A DNA stretch of 62,881 nucleotides, counting the filler, from Octopus bimaculoides (Eukaryota): the NCBI RefSeq assembly GCF_001194135.2. It is 5 parts of 4 records of this genome, joined end to end, with 100 filler letters (N's around TTAATTAATTAA, not from the genome) between each part and the next. Parts side by side here need not be neighbours in the genome. Positions count along the whole stretch, not along the records: positions 37,292 to 56,613 come from NC_068992.1; positions 56,714 to 60,145 come from NC_068981.1; positions 60,246 to 62,881 come from NC_068982.1; 2 more parts are not named here. One strand, written 5' to 3'. Below the pieces are notes generated by a model, which was not told the origin of the DNA, searched no databases, and saw only the letters and a program-made list of their open reading frames with translations. This document shows, piece after piece, positions 48,557 to 61,952 of this stretch. Every line of letters begins with the position of its first letter. Position 1 is the stretch's first letter. Position numbers and translations under genes: made by a program.

Positions 48557-49309
48557 TATTTCGGGACTTAATTTAACCCGAAACTTTTTTCACTGGAATT
48601 TATCGAACCGCTAAGATTTAAAATATAATATAAATGACATATCACNNNNNNNNNNNNNNNNNNNNNNNNNNNNNNNNNNNNNNNNNNNNNNNNNNNNNNN
48701 NNNNNNNNNNNNNNNNNNNNNNNNNNNNNNNNNNNNNNNNNNNNNNNNNNNNNNNNNNNNNNNNNNNNNNNNNNNNNNNNNNNNNNNNNNNNNNNNNNNN
48801 NNNNNNNNNNNNNNNNNNNNNNNNNNNNNNNNNNNNNNNNNNNNNNNNNNNNNNNNNNNNNNNNNNNNNNNNNNNNNNNNNNNNNNNNNNNNNNNNNNNN
48901 NNNNNNNNNNNNNNNNNNNNNNNNNNNNNNNNNNNNNNNNNNNNNNNNNNNNNNNNNNNNAGTGAAAGCCAGTGCGAGGGAGGGAGAGAGAGTTAGATAA
49001 ATTCACACATATTTTAACGCATGTTAAAATGTGAGTGTATATATTTGTGTGTGTGTGTGTGTGTGTGTGTAAAAGCAAGAAAACATATTTGTTCAATTTG
49101 AAAAAGGTAAGGACAACAATTTATTTTTGATTTAAGATTACTTTCGGTCCCAAATCAGTGTTTTGGTTTATCACTAATTAATGAATAGGTACTTGGAATT
49201 GGCTACCATTACCGTTCATTTTAGGGAGGAATATACAGTTTTCTAGCATTGCTCCTTATCCTGTCGCATCAACCATGTCCCTGTGCGTCAGTGCGTACAC
49301 ACACACACG

Positions 49310-49340
<31 letters not shown>

Positions 49341-49349
49341 ACACGTTTA

Positions 49350-49566
49350 CGAGGAAATGATGAAAAGTTCCTGGCTCTGGGTAAAAGAAAATACAGGAGA
49401 CTCAGATAATTAAGATTTTACTAAACGTGTTCTTCTCTCAGAAAAACACAATATTGCAGCGGTTCTTCAGGTTTTCTAAGCCCGATACAAAAGACTCGGA
49501 ATGTTAGGCCTCCCATCAGACATTTCGCCATGCCCCTAAAGTTATGAACTTTTGAGCACTACCTCA
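49350..49566 (+). mobile_element. 217-bp mariner-type MITE, copy 2
   Basis: TA|cgaggaaatgatgaaaagttcctggc ... gaacttttgagcactacctca|TA. Confidence 0.85.
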
Positions 49567-49601
49567 TATGCGCGTGTGTGTGTGTGTGTTTATATATATA
49601 T

Positions 49602-49852
49602 TCTTTTATTCTTTTATTTGTTTCAGTCATTTGATTGCGGCCATGCTGGAGCACCGCCTTTAGTCGAACAAATCGACCCCAGGACTTGTTCTTTGTAAGT
49701 CTAGTACATATTCTATCGGTCTCTTTTGCGGAACTGCTAAGTTATGGGGATGTAAAAACACCAGCATCGGTTGTCAAGCGATGTAGTGTGACGGAAACCG
49801 GAACCATATGGTGGGTAAGCAAGTTGCTTACCACACAGCCACTCTTGCGCCT
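49602..49852 (-). mobile_element. SINE F-G with central deletion (head joined to module G)
   Basis: Module G reverse complement 49602-49783 directly abuts the F head reverse complement (gaaccatatggtgggtaagcaagttgcttaccacacagccactcttgcgcct). Confidence 0.8.
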
Positions 49853-51429
49853 ATGTATATAACATTGTACCTTGCGTTGAGCTATGCTTGAATGTATATT
49901 CCATGGGGTCGTACAAGTCCAATCGTTACGTATGGCTTTTCCTGTGCAATTTTAGGTCTGTTAGAGCCGATCCCTCTCTAGGTCTGACTACAAACGATTT
50001 CTTATAAAATAATAATGATAATAAATAAACACCCAAACCGACGAAAAGAACAAAAACAATGGTTACAGCACGGCTCTGGAACATCATTTGTCTACCTGGA
50101 AGCGCTGCCTTGTGAATTGATCTCAGCGGGATTCGAACTGACAGCGCGAGGTGCTAAAACACTTGCCATAAAAGCTATCCGACTCTCGAAAGATACTACC
50201 AACTGACCACATGCGCGCGCACACATACATGAAATGCAAAAAGAATTCTTTAAAGATATGAAAAATACCCCAGATCATTTTTAAGCTAATGTAGTATCCC
50301 TTTGCATGACATTACTAGAAGTGGTAGCAAATTGTTCCTTATATTTATCCTTGCAGTTGTTACACCGAGCATAGGCGGGATGTGAAGTTGTAACTATGTT
50401 AAAGCAAATGCAAAGCAGTATGTGAATTCCGGTTTACTCGTTTTGATTTCTTAACAGCAACCGAATACCGTGATGGGACTCAGGACGCCGTGGTTCTTAT
50501 TACGACGCTCTATGCTTTGAGTTCAACTTCTGTTACTTTTAATTCAACTTTGACTATCATTTTTCAGTGTCGATAAAATTGCAATTTAGTGCATTGGCGG
50601 AAGAACGAAACTGTGAGAACAACAGGCCGGATGCTTTGCGCTATTGGTTCCATCTTTTTACGTTCTGAGTTCAAATCCCATAATGGTGAACTTGAGTTGT
50701 ACACTTCAACCGTCAACCAGTTTAGCACCATCACTTGCCATCTTTGATGTTTTTAACGGGGGATTCTCTTCTGCTGCAAGCATTTGGACAGGTCTCCGCT
50801 TTAAGGATGCTCTCCTCACTACCACCACTACCACCACCACCACTATCACCAGTCTCAAAACGCATGTTGAGGGCTATAGGCACCGATTCTCCTCTTGATT
50901 AAGAGATTAGAAGGAAAAGAAGAAATGCATCGGTCGCGTTGCTAGGATTCGTTACTGGAATTTCATAGTACTTTGTTTCTTCTTATTCTACCGAGCATCT
51001 TTCGTATAACTATACAGGAAACCACTACAACACCAGATGGCAGAAGTAGCATCTTCATCGTCGCTTAGTTTATTAGAGGTAGTAACCACATCAGCTCAAC
51101 TCAAATTCAACTGTCTTAAATAAAGAACGGCCAGTTTAGATAATATAGAACTAGATACTAGCTGGACACGAAGCATTTCAGATAACGTATTCTTAAAAAA
51201 GACGGGTTAGCCATGACTAGAATACGCTCACCGATCGTAGGTGTAGCAAGTGGGAAGAAAGAGATAGGAGCTGTGGCACTTTATGCAAATGTGAAAGGGA
51301 CACGAAAATGTTCCCTTGACCATTATGTCGCTTAATCTGGAATAGAGGCACTAGAAGAGAAATTGAACTTCCAAGCATCGGACCTCTTTGGTGCATTATT
51401 GTTCATCATAGAGTAGTTAGGTCGACCGT

Positions 51430-51800
51430 GGAGGCGCAATGGCACAGTGGTAAGGGCAGCGGACGTGCGGTCATAGGATCGCGGTTTCGATTCCCAGACC
51501 GGGCGTTGTGAGTGAGCAAAAACACCTAAAGCTCCACGAGGCTCCGGGAGGGGATGGTGGCGAACCCTGCTGTATTCTTTCACCACAACTTTCTCTACCT
51601 GTTTCTGTTGTGCCTGTAATTCAAAGGGCCAGCCTTGTCACACTCTGTGTCACGCTGAATATCCCCGAGAACTACGTTAAGGGTACACGTTTCTGTGGAG
51701 TGCTCAGCCACTTGCACGTTAATTTCACGAGCAGGCTGTTCCGTTGACCGGATCAACTGGAACCCTCGTCGTCGTAAGCGACGGAGTGCTAACAACAACA
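51430..51800 (+). mobile_element. Full-length SINE family B
   Basis: Highly similar to 26201-26583 apart from two short deletions; (aac)n tail. Confidence 0.95.
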
Positions 51801-52909
51801 TTTAGGTCGATCATAGCTTGCTTTGGGGCTAAAAACTGATAGCAGACGCTATTAATTTCAATGATTTCTTAAATTTTGGTAGACAGAACATTTCATATTG
51901 TAAATACGAAACCAATAAGGAAATTTAGGGACACATTTCAACCTTGTATACTATCGTTGCCCAACGCAAGATAGGCTTTGGTAGTCACTGCTAGCGAGCA
52001 AAACAACAAGCCATATTAGATGTTGAGCTTTGGAGACTCTCACACTCTACACATGGACGAAGGCCACTAAGGTATAGTGATGTTATTGGCTGGGATACAC
52101 ATGAAGTTGTAGACCAAAGCCAATGGAACAGAGATTTGTGGTGTGGCAGGGTGAAACGCATCTCAACTGCAACCGCTTGAAGAAGATATTAAAACTCTTA
52201 TATAATCATGCTTCCTGTAAGTATAATAGGCATACAGACACGGACAGAGAGATTAATGCAATTAATTTTTTTCTGATCGGAGGAAGGATAAACGTTGAAG
52301 TCTACTTGGAAAGGTAAAGATTTGAACGAGCTTCAACAATTTTGCCATTGCACCATCATTACTTAAAGAATATCCCTTCTTTACACCGACTAGCAGAAGG
52401 ACATACATTTTCAATGATTAGAAAAGTAAATATAATCGATCTGGCTGTGAATTAAAAACGATGGGCAAATTCAGCGGCGGGCGGTATTCGAACTCAGAAA
52501 TATGAAGTATGTTAAGTAAAGGTTTTGAAGCATTTCATTCAGTATTTTACTGACTGTACCATTTCAGGGGTTTTCGGTTTAATAACATAATGATAGGAAC
52601 AAACTACAGTGAAACCTACAGCCAAGCTCAGAGTAAAGAAGGGACAGAAAAGTGCGTGTGTCGGAGTGGGGGTTCTAAAGAGAGGCAGAAGGAGAAGAGA
52701 AAGGGGGAGAAGGAAGGAGTCAAGAAGTAGATAAAACGACACAATACATGTGTTTGTGTGTTTGTGTGCGTGTGTGTGTGTGTGCACGCACGCGAAGTGG
52801 AATCCGCTTATTATAATCAGAGACAATACTATTCACTATTAATAATGAAAATACATATTTCTATACCTATGTGCGTTTATACGCACATACATATGTATAT
52901 CTGTGAGTG

Positions 52910-52966
<57 letters not shown>

Positions 52967-55220
52967 NNNNNNNNNNNNNNNNNNNNNNNNNNNNNNNNNN
53001 NNNNNNNNNNNNNNNNNNNNNNNNNNNNNNNNNNNNNNNNNNNNNNNNNNNNNNNNNNNNNNNNNNNNNNNNNNNNNNNNNNNNNNNNNNNNNNNNNNNN
53101 NNNNNNNNNNNNNNNNNNNNNNNNNNNNNNNNNNNNNNNNNNNNNNNNNNNNNNNNNNNNNNNNNNNNNNNNNNNNNNNNNNNNNNNNNNNNNNNNNNNN
53201 NNNNNNNNNNNNNNNNNNNNNNNNNNNNNNNNNNNNNNNNNNNNNNNNNNNNNNNNNNNNNNNNNNNNNNNNNNNNNNNNNNNNNNNNNNNNNNNNNNNN
53301 NNNNNNNNNNNNNNNNNNNNNNNNNNNNNNNNNNNNNNNNNNNNNNNNNNNNNNNNNNNNNNNNNNNNNNNNNNNNNNNNNNNNNNNNNNNNNNNNNNNN
53401 NNNNNNNNNNNNNNNNNNNNNNNNNNNNNNNNNNNNNNNNNNNNNNNNNNNNNNNNNNNNNNNNNNNNNNNNNNNNNNNNNNNNNNNNNNNNNNNNNNNN
53501 NNNNNNNNNNNNNNNNNNNNNNNNNNNNNNNNNNNNNNNNNNNNNNNNNNNNNNNNNNNNNNNNNNNNNNNNNNNNNNNNNNNNNNNNNNNNNNNNNNNN
53601 NNNNNNNNNNNNNNNNNNNNNNNNNNNNNNNNNNATATATATATATATATATATACACACCCATTTAGGTATCACACAGGCCGTACCTTTTAGGTGTATG
53701 GCCTTTTGTGTGTATGTGTGTGTGTGTGTGCTTATACACATATATCTCTACGTGTGTGTATGTGTACACGCTGCATAGACCATTATACACTATACGTTCG
53801 TGATTGAAACACTCACATACGGAGAGATACATACACACGCACATATGTCCGAACGCGCGCAAATACACAGATATATTACCGTGTTCGCTTAAAATGATGA
53901 GGTCCACAAAAGATGTTTGTTTCACAGCTTCAGTGAAACGTGTTAACTATTTATGTCTTTGTGTGCGTGTGTGCATGTGTTTGTGCGTATGTATGTGTAT
54001 TTCTGTGATGAATGTATATGTATATACGTGTTATTATGTATACATATACCTATATATATATATGTATGTATACATAAATATATATGTACGTATACGTCTG
54101 TTTATATGTATAGCCATATACATTCACACTCACAAGTACACACACACACACACACACACGCGCGCGCACAGATACACACTCAAACGCACGTGCACACATA
54201 GATAATCATATATGTTCGAAGGTATTTATATCTGAATGAAGGACTTTGCAGTTATTATAGTGAGGCATGAAATAAGTTTAATTTTGTGCCGAAAGCATGC
54301 TTCAATAAGCATTCTGGTATATCTTAGCATTTATTCGTTTATCTATTACCGTATATTGCAAACAGACGACAAAGAATGACCATCACCCCTAAGCGCTTCT
54401 GGACTGTTTCCGGGCTTAGTGAGGTAACGAAATAAAGGTTTTCAACCACAGCTGAAAGTTATTCTCAAACCGGAAATCTGGCGAGAAAATTCGCAATAGA
54501 ACTAATCACGTTAAAGGAAGCCGGTGGCTAGCTGATACTCAACCGGGTGTCGGAAAAAGTTTACCTCCCATAGGTATATCGAAAGTTCGCTGCCACCCGT
54601 ATGTATCTAGATACATACATGCATACATACAGACATATATNNNNNNNNNNATATATATATATATATGTCTGTTCGTACTTACTAAATATCCGCGCCATTC
54701 TCTTTCAAAGATTAGTTTCAGACACCGGGGTAGCCACAATGTGGTCATTGGATTTACTAGGCATAGCAGCTATGTCTCTCTCAAAACGCAACGAGCGGGG
54801 CTTAACAACAAGCATAACAACATTATATGGTGTTTGTAAGGTTAATATAGTTGCATTGTTTTGTGCTCGAATTGTGCATGTACGTGTGTATGTGTGTGAG
54901 AGAGAGAGAGAGAGACAGACAGACAGAGAGTGTGTGTGTGTGTGTATGTGCACTTATTCATGTGCTTATGCTTGTGAATGCCGTGTGCAAGTGTATGTCT
55001 GAGTGTGTTTACGTAAATGAGTGAGTGTCACACAAGCGTGTGAGCACGCAAGTTGTATGTTTGCGTTGTGCGATCTGTACATGTTTCTACGTCTGTGAAT
55101 GCACATGGTTTCCATTATGTCAACATGAAGCATGCACTTAGTTATTTTTCTTTGCACACACATGTATATATATATATATGTGCGTATATATCTGTGTGTG
55201 TGTGAATATATGTATGTATG

Positions 55221-55271
<51 letters not shown>

Positions 55272-56284
55272 NNNNNNNNNNNNNNNNNNNNNNNNNNNNN
55301 NNNNNNNNNNNNNNNNNNNNNNNNNNNNNNNNNNNNNNNNNNNNNNNNNNNNNNNNNNNNNNNNNNNNNNNNNNNNNNNNNNNNNNNNNNNNNNNNNNNN
55401 NNNNNNNNNNNNNNNNNNNNNNNNNNNNNNNNNNNNNNNNNNNNNNNNNNNNNNNNNNNNNNNNNNNNNNNNNNNNNNNNNNNNNNNNNNNNNNNNNNNN
55501 NNNNNNNNNNNNNNNNNNNNNNNNNNNNNNNNNNNNNNNNNNNNNNNNNNNNNNNNNNNNNNNNNNNNNNNNNNNNNNNNNNNNNNNNNNNNNNNNNNNN
55601 NNNNNNNNNNNNNNNNNNNNNNNNNNNNNNNNNNNNNNNNNNNNNNNNNNNNNNNNNNNNNNNNNNNNNNNNNNNNNNNNNNNNNNNNNNNNNNNNNNNN
55701 NNNNNNNNNNNNNNNNNNNNNNNNNNNNNNNNNNNNNNNNNNNNNNNNNNNNNNNNNNNNNNNNNNNNNNNNNNNNNNNNNNNNNNNNNNNNNNNNNNNN
55801 NNNNNNNNNNNNNNNNNNNNNNNNNNNNNNNNNNNNNNNNNNNNNNNNNNNNNNNNNNNNNNNNNNNNNNNNNATATATGCGTACAAACATATGCACATA
55901 CGCATTACATGTAGGAATTCAGGTATGAGCACGTACGTTCGCATTTAGATATATATTATACGTACAGAATTCTGATGTATGTATGTATGTATGTGTGTAT
56001 GTATATATGCATGTATGTATGTATGTATGTATGTATTTGTGTGTGTATCTTTGTATGTATCTTTATGAGAACGTATGTATAAATATAAATTTCACTCTAA
56101 TAATTGAACTTTTGTTGTCGGATTTTGCCATCTCTCTGTCTACACTTCCATGTATATGTGTGCCTCTGTGTGTGTGTGTGTGTGTGTGGCGGGGGTGTTG
56201 TTGTTGTGTGTGTAAGTATACGTATACCTACGTATGTTTTTTATACATACATGTATGCAACTATATACATATATATCATGTTTA

Positions 56285-56317
<33 letters not shown>

Positions 56318-56561
56318 GTATATATGTATATATATGTATATATATACAAACACACACATACATACATATAGATAAATATATATATGCATAATATATATGT
56401 ATAGATAAACGTATATATATTCATGTCTATATATATATATATGTGTGAGTGTGTGTGTATGTTTGTATACATATATATATATATATTTATGAATGTATAT
56501 ATATGTATTCACCTATACATACACATGCACTCGCATACATAAATATATATATATGCATATA

Positions 56562-56613
<52 letters not shown>

Positions 56614-56713
56614 NNNNNNNNNNNNNNNNNNNNNNNNNNNNNNNNNNNNNNNNNNNNTTAATTAATTAANNNNNNNNNNNNNNNNNNNNNNNNNNNNNNN
56701 NNNNNNNNNNNNN
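56614..56713. other. Artificial scaffold linker
   Basis: 44N-TTAATTAATTAA(56658-56669)-44N. Confidence 0.95.
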
Positions 56714-56760
<47 letters not shown>

Positions 56761-56822
56761 TTGTGTGTGTGCGTGTGTGTGTTTACGTGTATGCATTTGT
56801 ATACATATGTGCTTATATATGT

Positions 56823-57020
56823 GAGGACGCATGGCGTAGAGCGTAGCGTGTTGTACTCACGGTCACGAGATAGTGGTTTTTACTCCTAGACCTTGCGGCA
56901 AAACATTTCATCTCACGTTACTCCGTGATCACTTCGACATCTAACATGCGGTACGCCGTGTACCTGTTCAGGCAACGTCAATTTGATGGAGGCAGTGAGC
57001 TAATGAACGGCATATACATT
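56823..57020 (+). mobile_element. Diverged tRNA-headed SINE (family D)
   Basis: ggacgcatggcgtagagcgtagcgtgttgtactcac... head, catttcatctcacgttactcc body, and a tail not shared with other families; single copy in the window. Confidence 0.5.
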
Positions 57021-57033
57021 GATTAATCTAAAC

Positions 57034-59999
57034 CAGTGTTTCTTAACCTGGGGGCGTCAGTAGTTTCAAAGTGGGGCGCGCCCCCTTGAGAAAAAAGCAG
57101 GAGTTTCTCTAATTATATTTGTTATTCTCTTAAGTAGAGCATCGTTAAATAATGAGAAGTTTATGAAAAAATGCAAAAGTATCGCCTTATACCTTTAGTT
57201 TTCATATTCTACTTTTTAGCACTACCTACCTTTTTCTGTACTTATTGACCACCGCCTTCACATCCCTCAAAACCTTCACTAATTCTAAATTGTAGCTTTA
57301 ACATTTGCCTTTATTCTGTAATTTTTGTTTTTGTTACAACAAGACTCAGGTTAAGGACCACTGGTATAAAGCTTAGACATTATTATCGTGTAAAGACAAA
57401 CATCTTTTTCAGTTAATATATTATAAACAAGTTTGATCCACAGTTTTCAAACATATGAAATAATGTGATTCTTAAAAATCAAGAGACATGCTGAAACATT
57501 GTCAAATCATTATAGTAGCATCCCAAGAAATATTAACTGAATTTAAAAAATTGAAAACTATTTAAAAATGTTAGCAAGAGGAAAAGGATGATATATTTAA
57601 AAATAGGAAATAAAGCAAAAATTATGTAATAGGTTCTCAATTTGATAAAGTTTTTAAAAAATAGAAAAAACATTGGGAAAATAAAAAATTGACAATAAAT
57701 TCAAATATTTTAATATTAAATGTTTATGTTTAAAATATAGTAAATCTTTTTGTAAGAAAAATTATAATATAATAAGCTAAATGCTAAACTAAAATTCAGA
57801 TTTAAATATTACAGAAAGTACTAAGTAAAACTAAAAGCTATGAAAAATCTTTTCTTTTTTAAAGAAACATTTTTTAAACTTTTACGTACAAATGAATACA
57901 ATATTTTATTGTACAAATTTTTCTTTTAATTTAACTTTTATTCCAAAATATTTTGTTTTTATTTTTTTCCAGAACTTTTTACTTCAAGCGTTCTAACTTT
58001 GGCTAGCATTCTAACTTGGGCCTTCACATTACCTTACACATGCCTTGTCTTTAGTTCACATATCTGTGTTGTTCACTGCACATCAAATAATTCGCAATGT
58101 GTACAAAGAAGCGGAAGTATATTGGCTAATATATTCGATTTGGATTCGTGTACCACTAGAAGGGTGACCCAGAAGTTCCCTAGTGTGTAAAATGTTTGAG
58201 CAATGATGGAATGCGACCCTCACGCTTGGAACGCCACTTGAGGACAACACATCATGCTCTTGCAGACAAGCCCAAAACATTCTTTGAAACAAAAAGATAT
58301 TCTTTGAATCAAGCTGGACGGTAGTGAGGCATTTTGGCAACAGACTTCAATGGTTGCTGATGCTTCCTATAAGATCGCCATGTTGATTTCAAAGAACAAG
58401 AAGAGCTATAACATCGGAGAGTCTCTCATGAAACCAAATCTACCCCATGCAGCAGAACTCGTTCTGAGGAAAGATGGTGCAAACAAGCTTTCTCAGATTT
58501 CACAATCAAGCGATACAGTCAAATGAAGGATCGATGACTTGTTTCAAGACATCAAAGATTAAATTCTTGACCAAGTTAAAGATTCTCCTGTTTTTGCCAT
58601 CCAGTGTGACGAAACAATTGACATCGCTCAGTGTTCTCAGCTATTGGTGTATGCTCGTTTTGTGTCAGGCAACTGTGTAAAAGAGGAAATGTTTTGTCAC
58701 CCTATGGATAGTTGTACAAAGCAGCAACTATTTATCGTTATGTATTAAACTTATTTCAGGAAAACCAACGTTTGTGGGATCCGCTGGTAGGGATGTGTAC
58801 TGATGGGGCTCCAGCCATGCTTGGTCTGCAGTCTGGATTTATTACTAGGGTGAAAGAAAAAAGTATATCTCTTGTAGGTACACACTGCATACTCCATCGT
58901 GAAACCTTAACATCCAGAACCTTACTTACTGAAATGAGAAATGTCCTGAAAGTAGCTATCAAGTCGTCAACTTTGTTAAATGTGGAGCCTTAAACAGTTG
59001 TCTTTTCAAAGTGTTGTGTCATATGGAATCTAAACACGTAGCATTGCTTTTTCACACGAAAGTAGGGCGGCTATCAAAGAAGAACATGCTTGTACGGCTT
59101 TATGAACTACGAGAAGTAGCGATATTTCTAAATTTGCAGCAGAAGGCAGATCTCCATGACAAGTTCCAGTCTGAATGCTTTCAGCTATCTCTGGCTTACC
59201 TGTAAGACATCTTCGAAGCGTTGAATGCGCTCTACCTTAAACTACAAGGGAAACATCTCAACATTTTCACGCACCACGACACCATTTGAACCTTCATGGT
59301 CAAACACAAGCTCTGGAAATGTTGAATTCAGAAGGGAAATACGGCCAGTTTTAGTTACTTGGATTCTGCCTACATTCACGGTAACCTTTATTCTGAGGAA
59401 AAGAAACAAATAATCACTCATCTAACTGACTTGAAAACAGAATTCAGCAGATAATTCCCAGAAATAAATGAAAAGCGTGAAGCTTCCAAATTCATCAGGA
59501 ACCGATTTCATTGTGAAGTGACCGATGTTTTGGATGAAGTGCGAGAGGAGTTGAAGAAGTTCAACTCCCCAGGCAAGGAAGACTTCAAAGAACTGGATCT
59601 TGAAACGATCTGGATCAAGAACCTTTCTGTTTACCCTCTGATCTCATATCAGACACTTCGGATTTTAGCTATGTTTGGATCCACGTATCTTTGTGAAGCT
59701 GCATTTTCCACGCTCGTTGCTGTCAAGACTAGGTAAAGAAACAGGCTGAACTTTGAAAGGGATTTACGTTGTGCACTCTCTGGCATTCAACCACGCATTC
59801 AAGATTTTGTAGCTAAAAAGCAGTGTCAAGTATCTCACTAATAATGCGACTAATTCACATTCAATAAAAAAAGACTAAAAACATATTTTAGATTTTATCT
59901 AAACACTTGGAGGGAATTTTATTCATAGATGCAAGGGGGCGTGGAGAGAAGGAGAAATTCCTAGGGGAGGCGTGGGAGTAAGAAGGTTAAGAACCACTG
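57034..59999 (+). mobile_element. Near full-length decayed Buster-type hAT transposon (2966 bp)
   Basis: TIRs cagtgtttcttaacct (57034-57049) and aggttaagaaccactg (59984-59999) match 15/16; 8-bp flanks atctaaac / ctctaaag match 6/8 with the central TA typical of Buster elements. Confidence 0.9.
58097..59841 (+). pseudogene. hAT transposase pseudogene (ZBED5/ZBED8/SCAND3-like), ~580 codons
   Basis: MCTKKRKY..; LSNDGMRPSRLERHLRTTH; FAIQCDETIDIAQCSQLLVYARFV; VGMCTDGAPAMLG..THCILHRETL; LLFHTKVGRLSK..LVRLYELR; FGSTYLCEAAFSTLVAVKT..DLRCALSGIQPRI..KKQCQVSH*; many stops and frameshifts. Confidence 0.92.
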
Positions 60000-60110
60000 C
60001 TCTAAAGAGATCATATGCGCAGGTCCTTCACCAAAAGCCGAACCCTAATACGTCGTCTTCAACGGGAGAGTCGACTTTGTTAACACATGCATGCATACAT
60101 ACATACATAC

Positions 60111-60145
<35 letters not shown>

Positions 60146-60245
60146 NNNNNNNNNNNNNNNNNNNNNNNNNNNNNNNNNNNNNNNNNNNNTTAATTAATTA
60201 ANNNNNNNNNNNNNNNNNNNNNNNNNNNNNNNNNNNNNNNNNNNN
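60146..60245. other. Artificial scaffold linker
   Basis: 44N-TTAATTAATTAA(60190-60201)-44N. Confidence 0.95.
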
Positions 60246-60541
60246 ACCGAAGCCATAGCCTCCATGTATGCCATGGAAGCCTCCAGCACGACGTCCGACA
60301 TGACCGTTGAAGTCTCCAGCCACAAAGAGAAGGTCCCTGTCACTCGTCGACGAGGTAGTTTGCAAGAGGGTGTCATAGAATTGGTCTTTCAGACCATCTG
60401 GTAGCCCCGGTTGAGGTGCATATGCTGAGATGACAGTAGCTAATCTATGATGAAGCACTAGTCTGATCTTAAGTACTCTGTCACTTACTCTAACGACCTC
60501 GATTACCTTATCCACCCATTTCTCCGCTAGAAGTATTCCTA
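60246..60541 (-). mobile_element. RTE LINE AP-endonuclease fragment
   Basis: GILLAEKWVDKVIEVVRVSDRVLKIRLVL..TVISAYAPQPGLPD..KDQFYDTL..LFVAGDFNGHVG...GIHGGYGFG. Confidence 0.92.
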
Positions 60542-61952
60542 AAGGCAGTGCTCCAGCATGGCTGTTGTCAAACAATTGAAACGTGTAAAAGAGAAGGTAG
60601 CAATTTGAAAAATCCCGTACAAGTGGTGGAGGAGGGTGGTGGTGGATACAGTGGCAGCAGTGTAAGACATGTTTTTTGGCATTAGCTGGTGTTGTTTGTA
60701 CAAATTGCATGTTGTGTCCCAGATGCTTAGTCTCTTAGTCTCATGTTTGATCTCCAAAATATACAAGCATGTATAGATTTTATTGTATTTACAGTTGGCA
60801 GATTTATCATGGAGCTGTGAAGTATACATTCAAAATGAGGTTGACAGTAGTGGGAAGTAAGGTATGACAGTAGTAGTGGTCATGGTTGTATCAGTAGAAT
60901 ATTATGGCAATGATGATGATGATGATGGGTCAGTTGTATTTAGAGAAAATGAAGAATGTAGATAGCTGGACAGTGGAGTTTAATGAGTCATCAATTGTGC
61001 TAGTTTTGAAGAGTGGCCCTACTGCTGGACATGGCTTCTGATGCTGTTATATGTATATACTTTTAATTTTAATGTTGATAATACTTTAGTTCAGTGGTCT
61101 ATCTTTCTAGAGAATTCCCTTGGGAATTTTATGTACAGCTTCATCAGTAAACATTTTGGACTTTTTAAAATCTATTTTTGTCCTTTGTTCTTGTTTTGAG
61201 AGGAAACCTAACTTCAAGCAACTTTTTATACATCAACTTTTAGACACTATTTTCTAAACCTGGCAAAGTATGTAGGGGGTGTCAATTTTGATTTTGTACC
61301 TCTGAAAAATTTTAGGGGGTGCAAGTGCACCTCCTTTTCCTGGGCCCTTGCATCTAACTGCACCAGTACAAACTTCTTCACCAGAATATTACAACTTCTG
61401 CTTCACAAACATACTGTTTCCTAATTTAATAATAACATTGTTATTATTAAATTTATGCATTTCTAATCAATTTGGAGATATTTGCTATCAAGTTGCAGAT
61501 TTTTAACAATGCATTTGGTGATTATTTGCTTTATTTCTCGGGCAAAATTTACAAATTAGAATAAAAGAATAAATTTATTANNNNNNNNNNNNNNNNNNNN
61601 NNNNNNNNNNNNNNNNNNNNNNNNNNNNNNNNNNNNNNNNNNNNNNNNNNNNNNNNNNNNNNNNNNNNNNNNNNNNNNNNNNNNNNNNNNNNNNNNNNNN
61701 NNNNNNNNNNNNNNNNNNNNNNNNNNNNNNNNNNNNNNNNNNNNNNNNNNNNNNNNNNNNNNNNNNNNNNNNNNNNNNNNNNNNNNNNNNNNNNNNNNNN
61801 NNNNNNNNNNNNNNNNNNNNNNNNNNNNNNNNNNNNNNNNNNNNNNNNNNNNNNNNNNNNNNNNNNNNNNNNNNNNNNNNNNNNNNNNNNNNNNNNNNNN
61901 NNNNNNNNNNNNNNNNNNNNNNNNNNNNNNNNNNNNNNNNNNNNNNNNNNNN

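Noticed and set aside
50700-50900. Short open frames around an (ACC)n run (e.g. MRFETGDSGGGGSGGSEES)
   Set aside because: Low complexity comes from the trinucleotide repeat; no convincing splice sites or homology.
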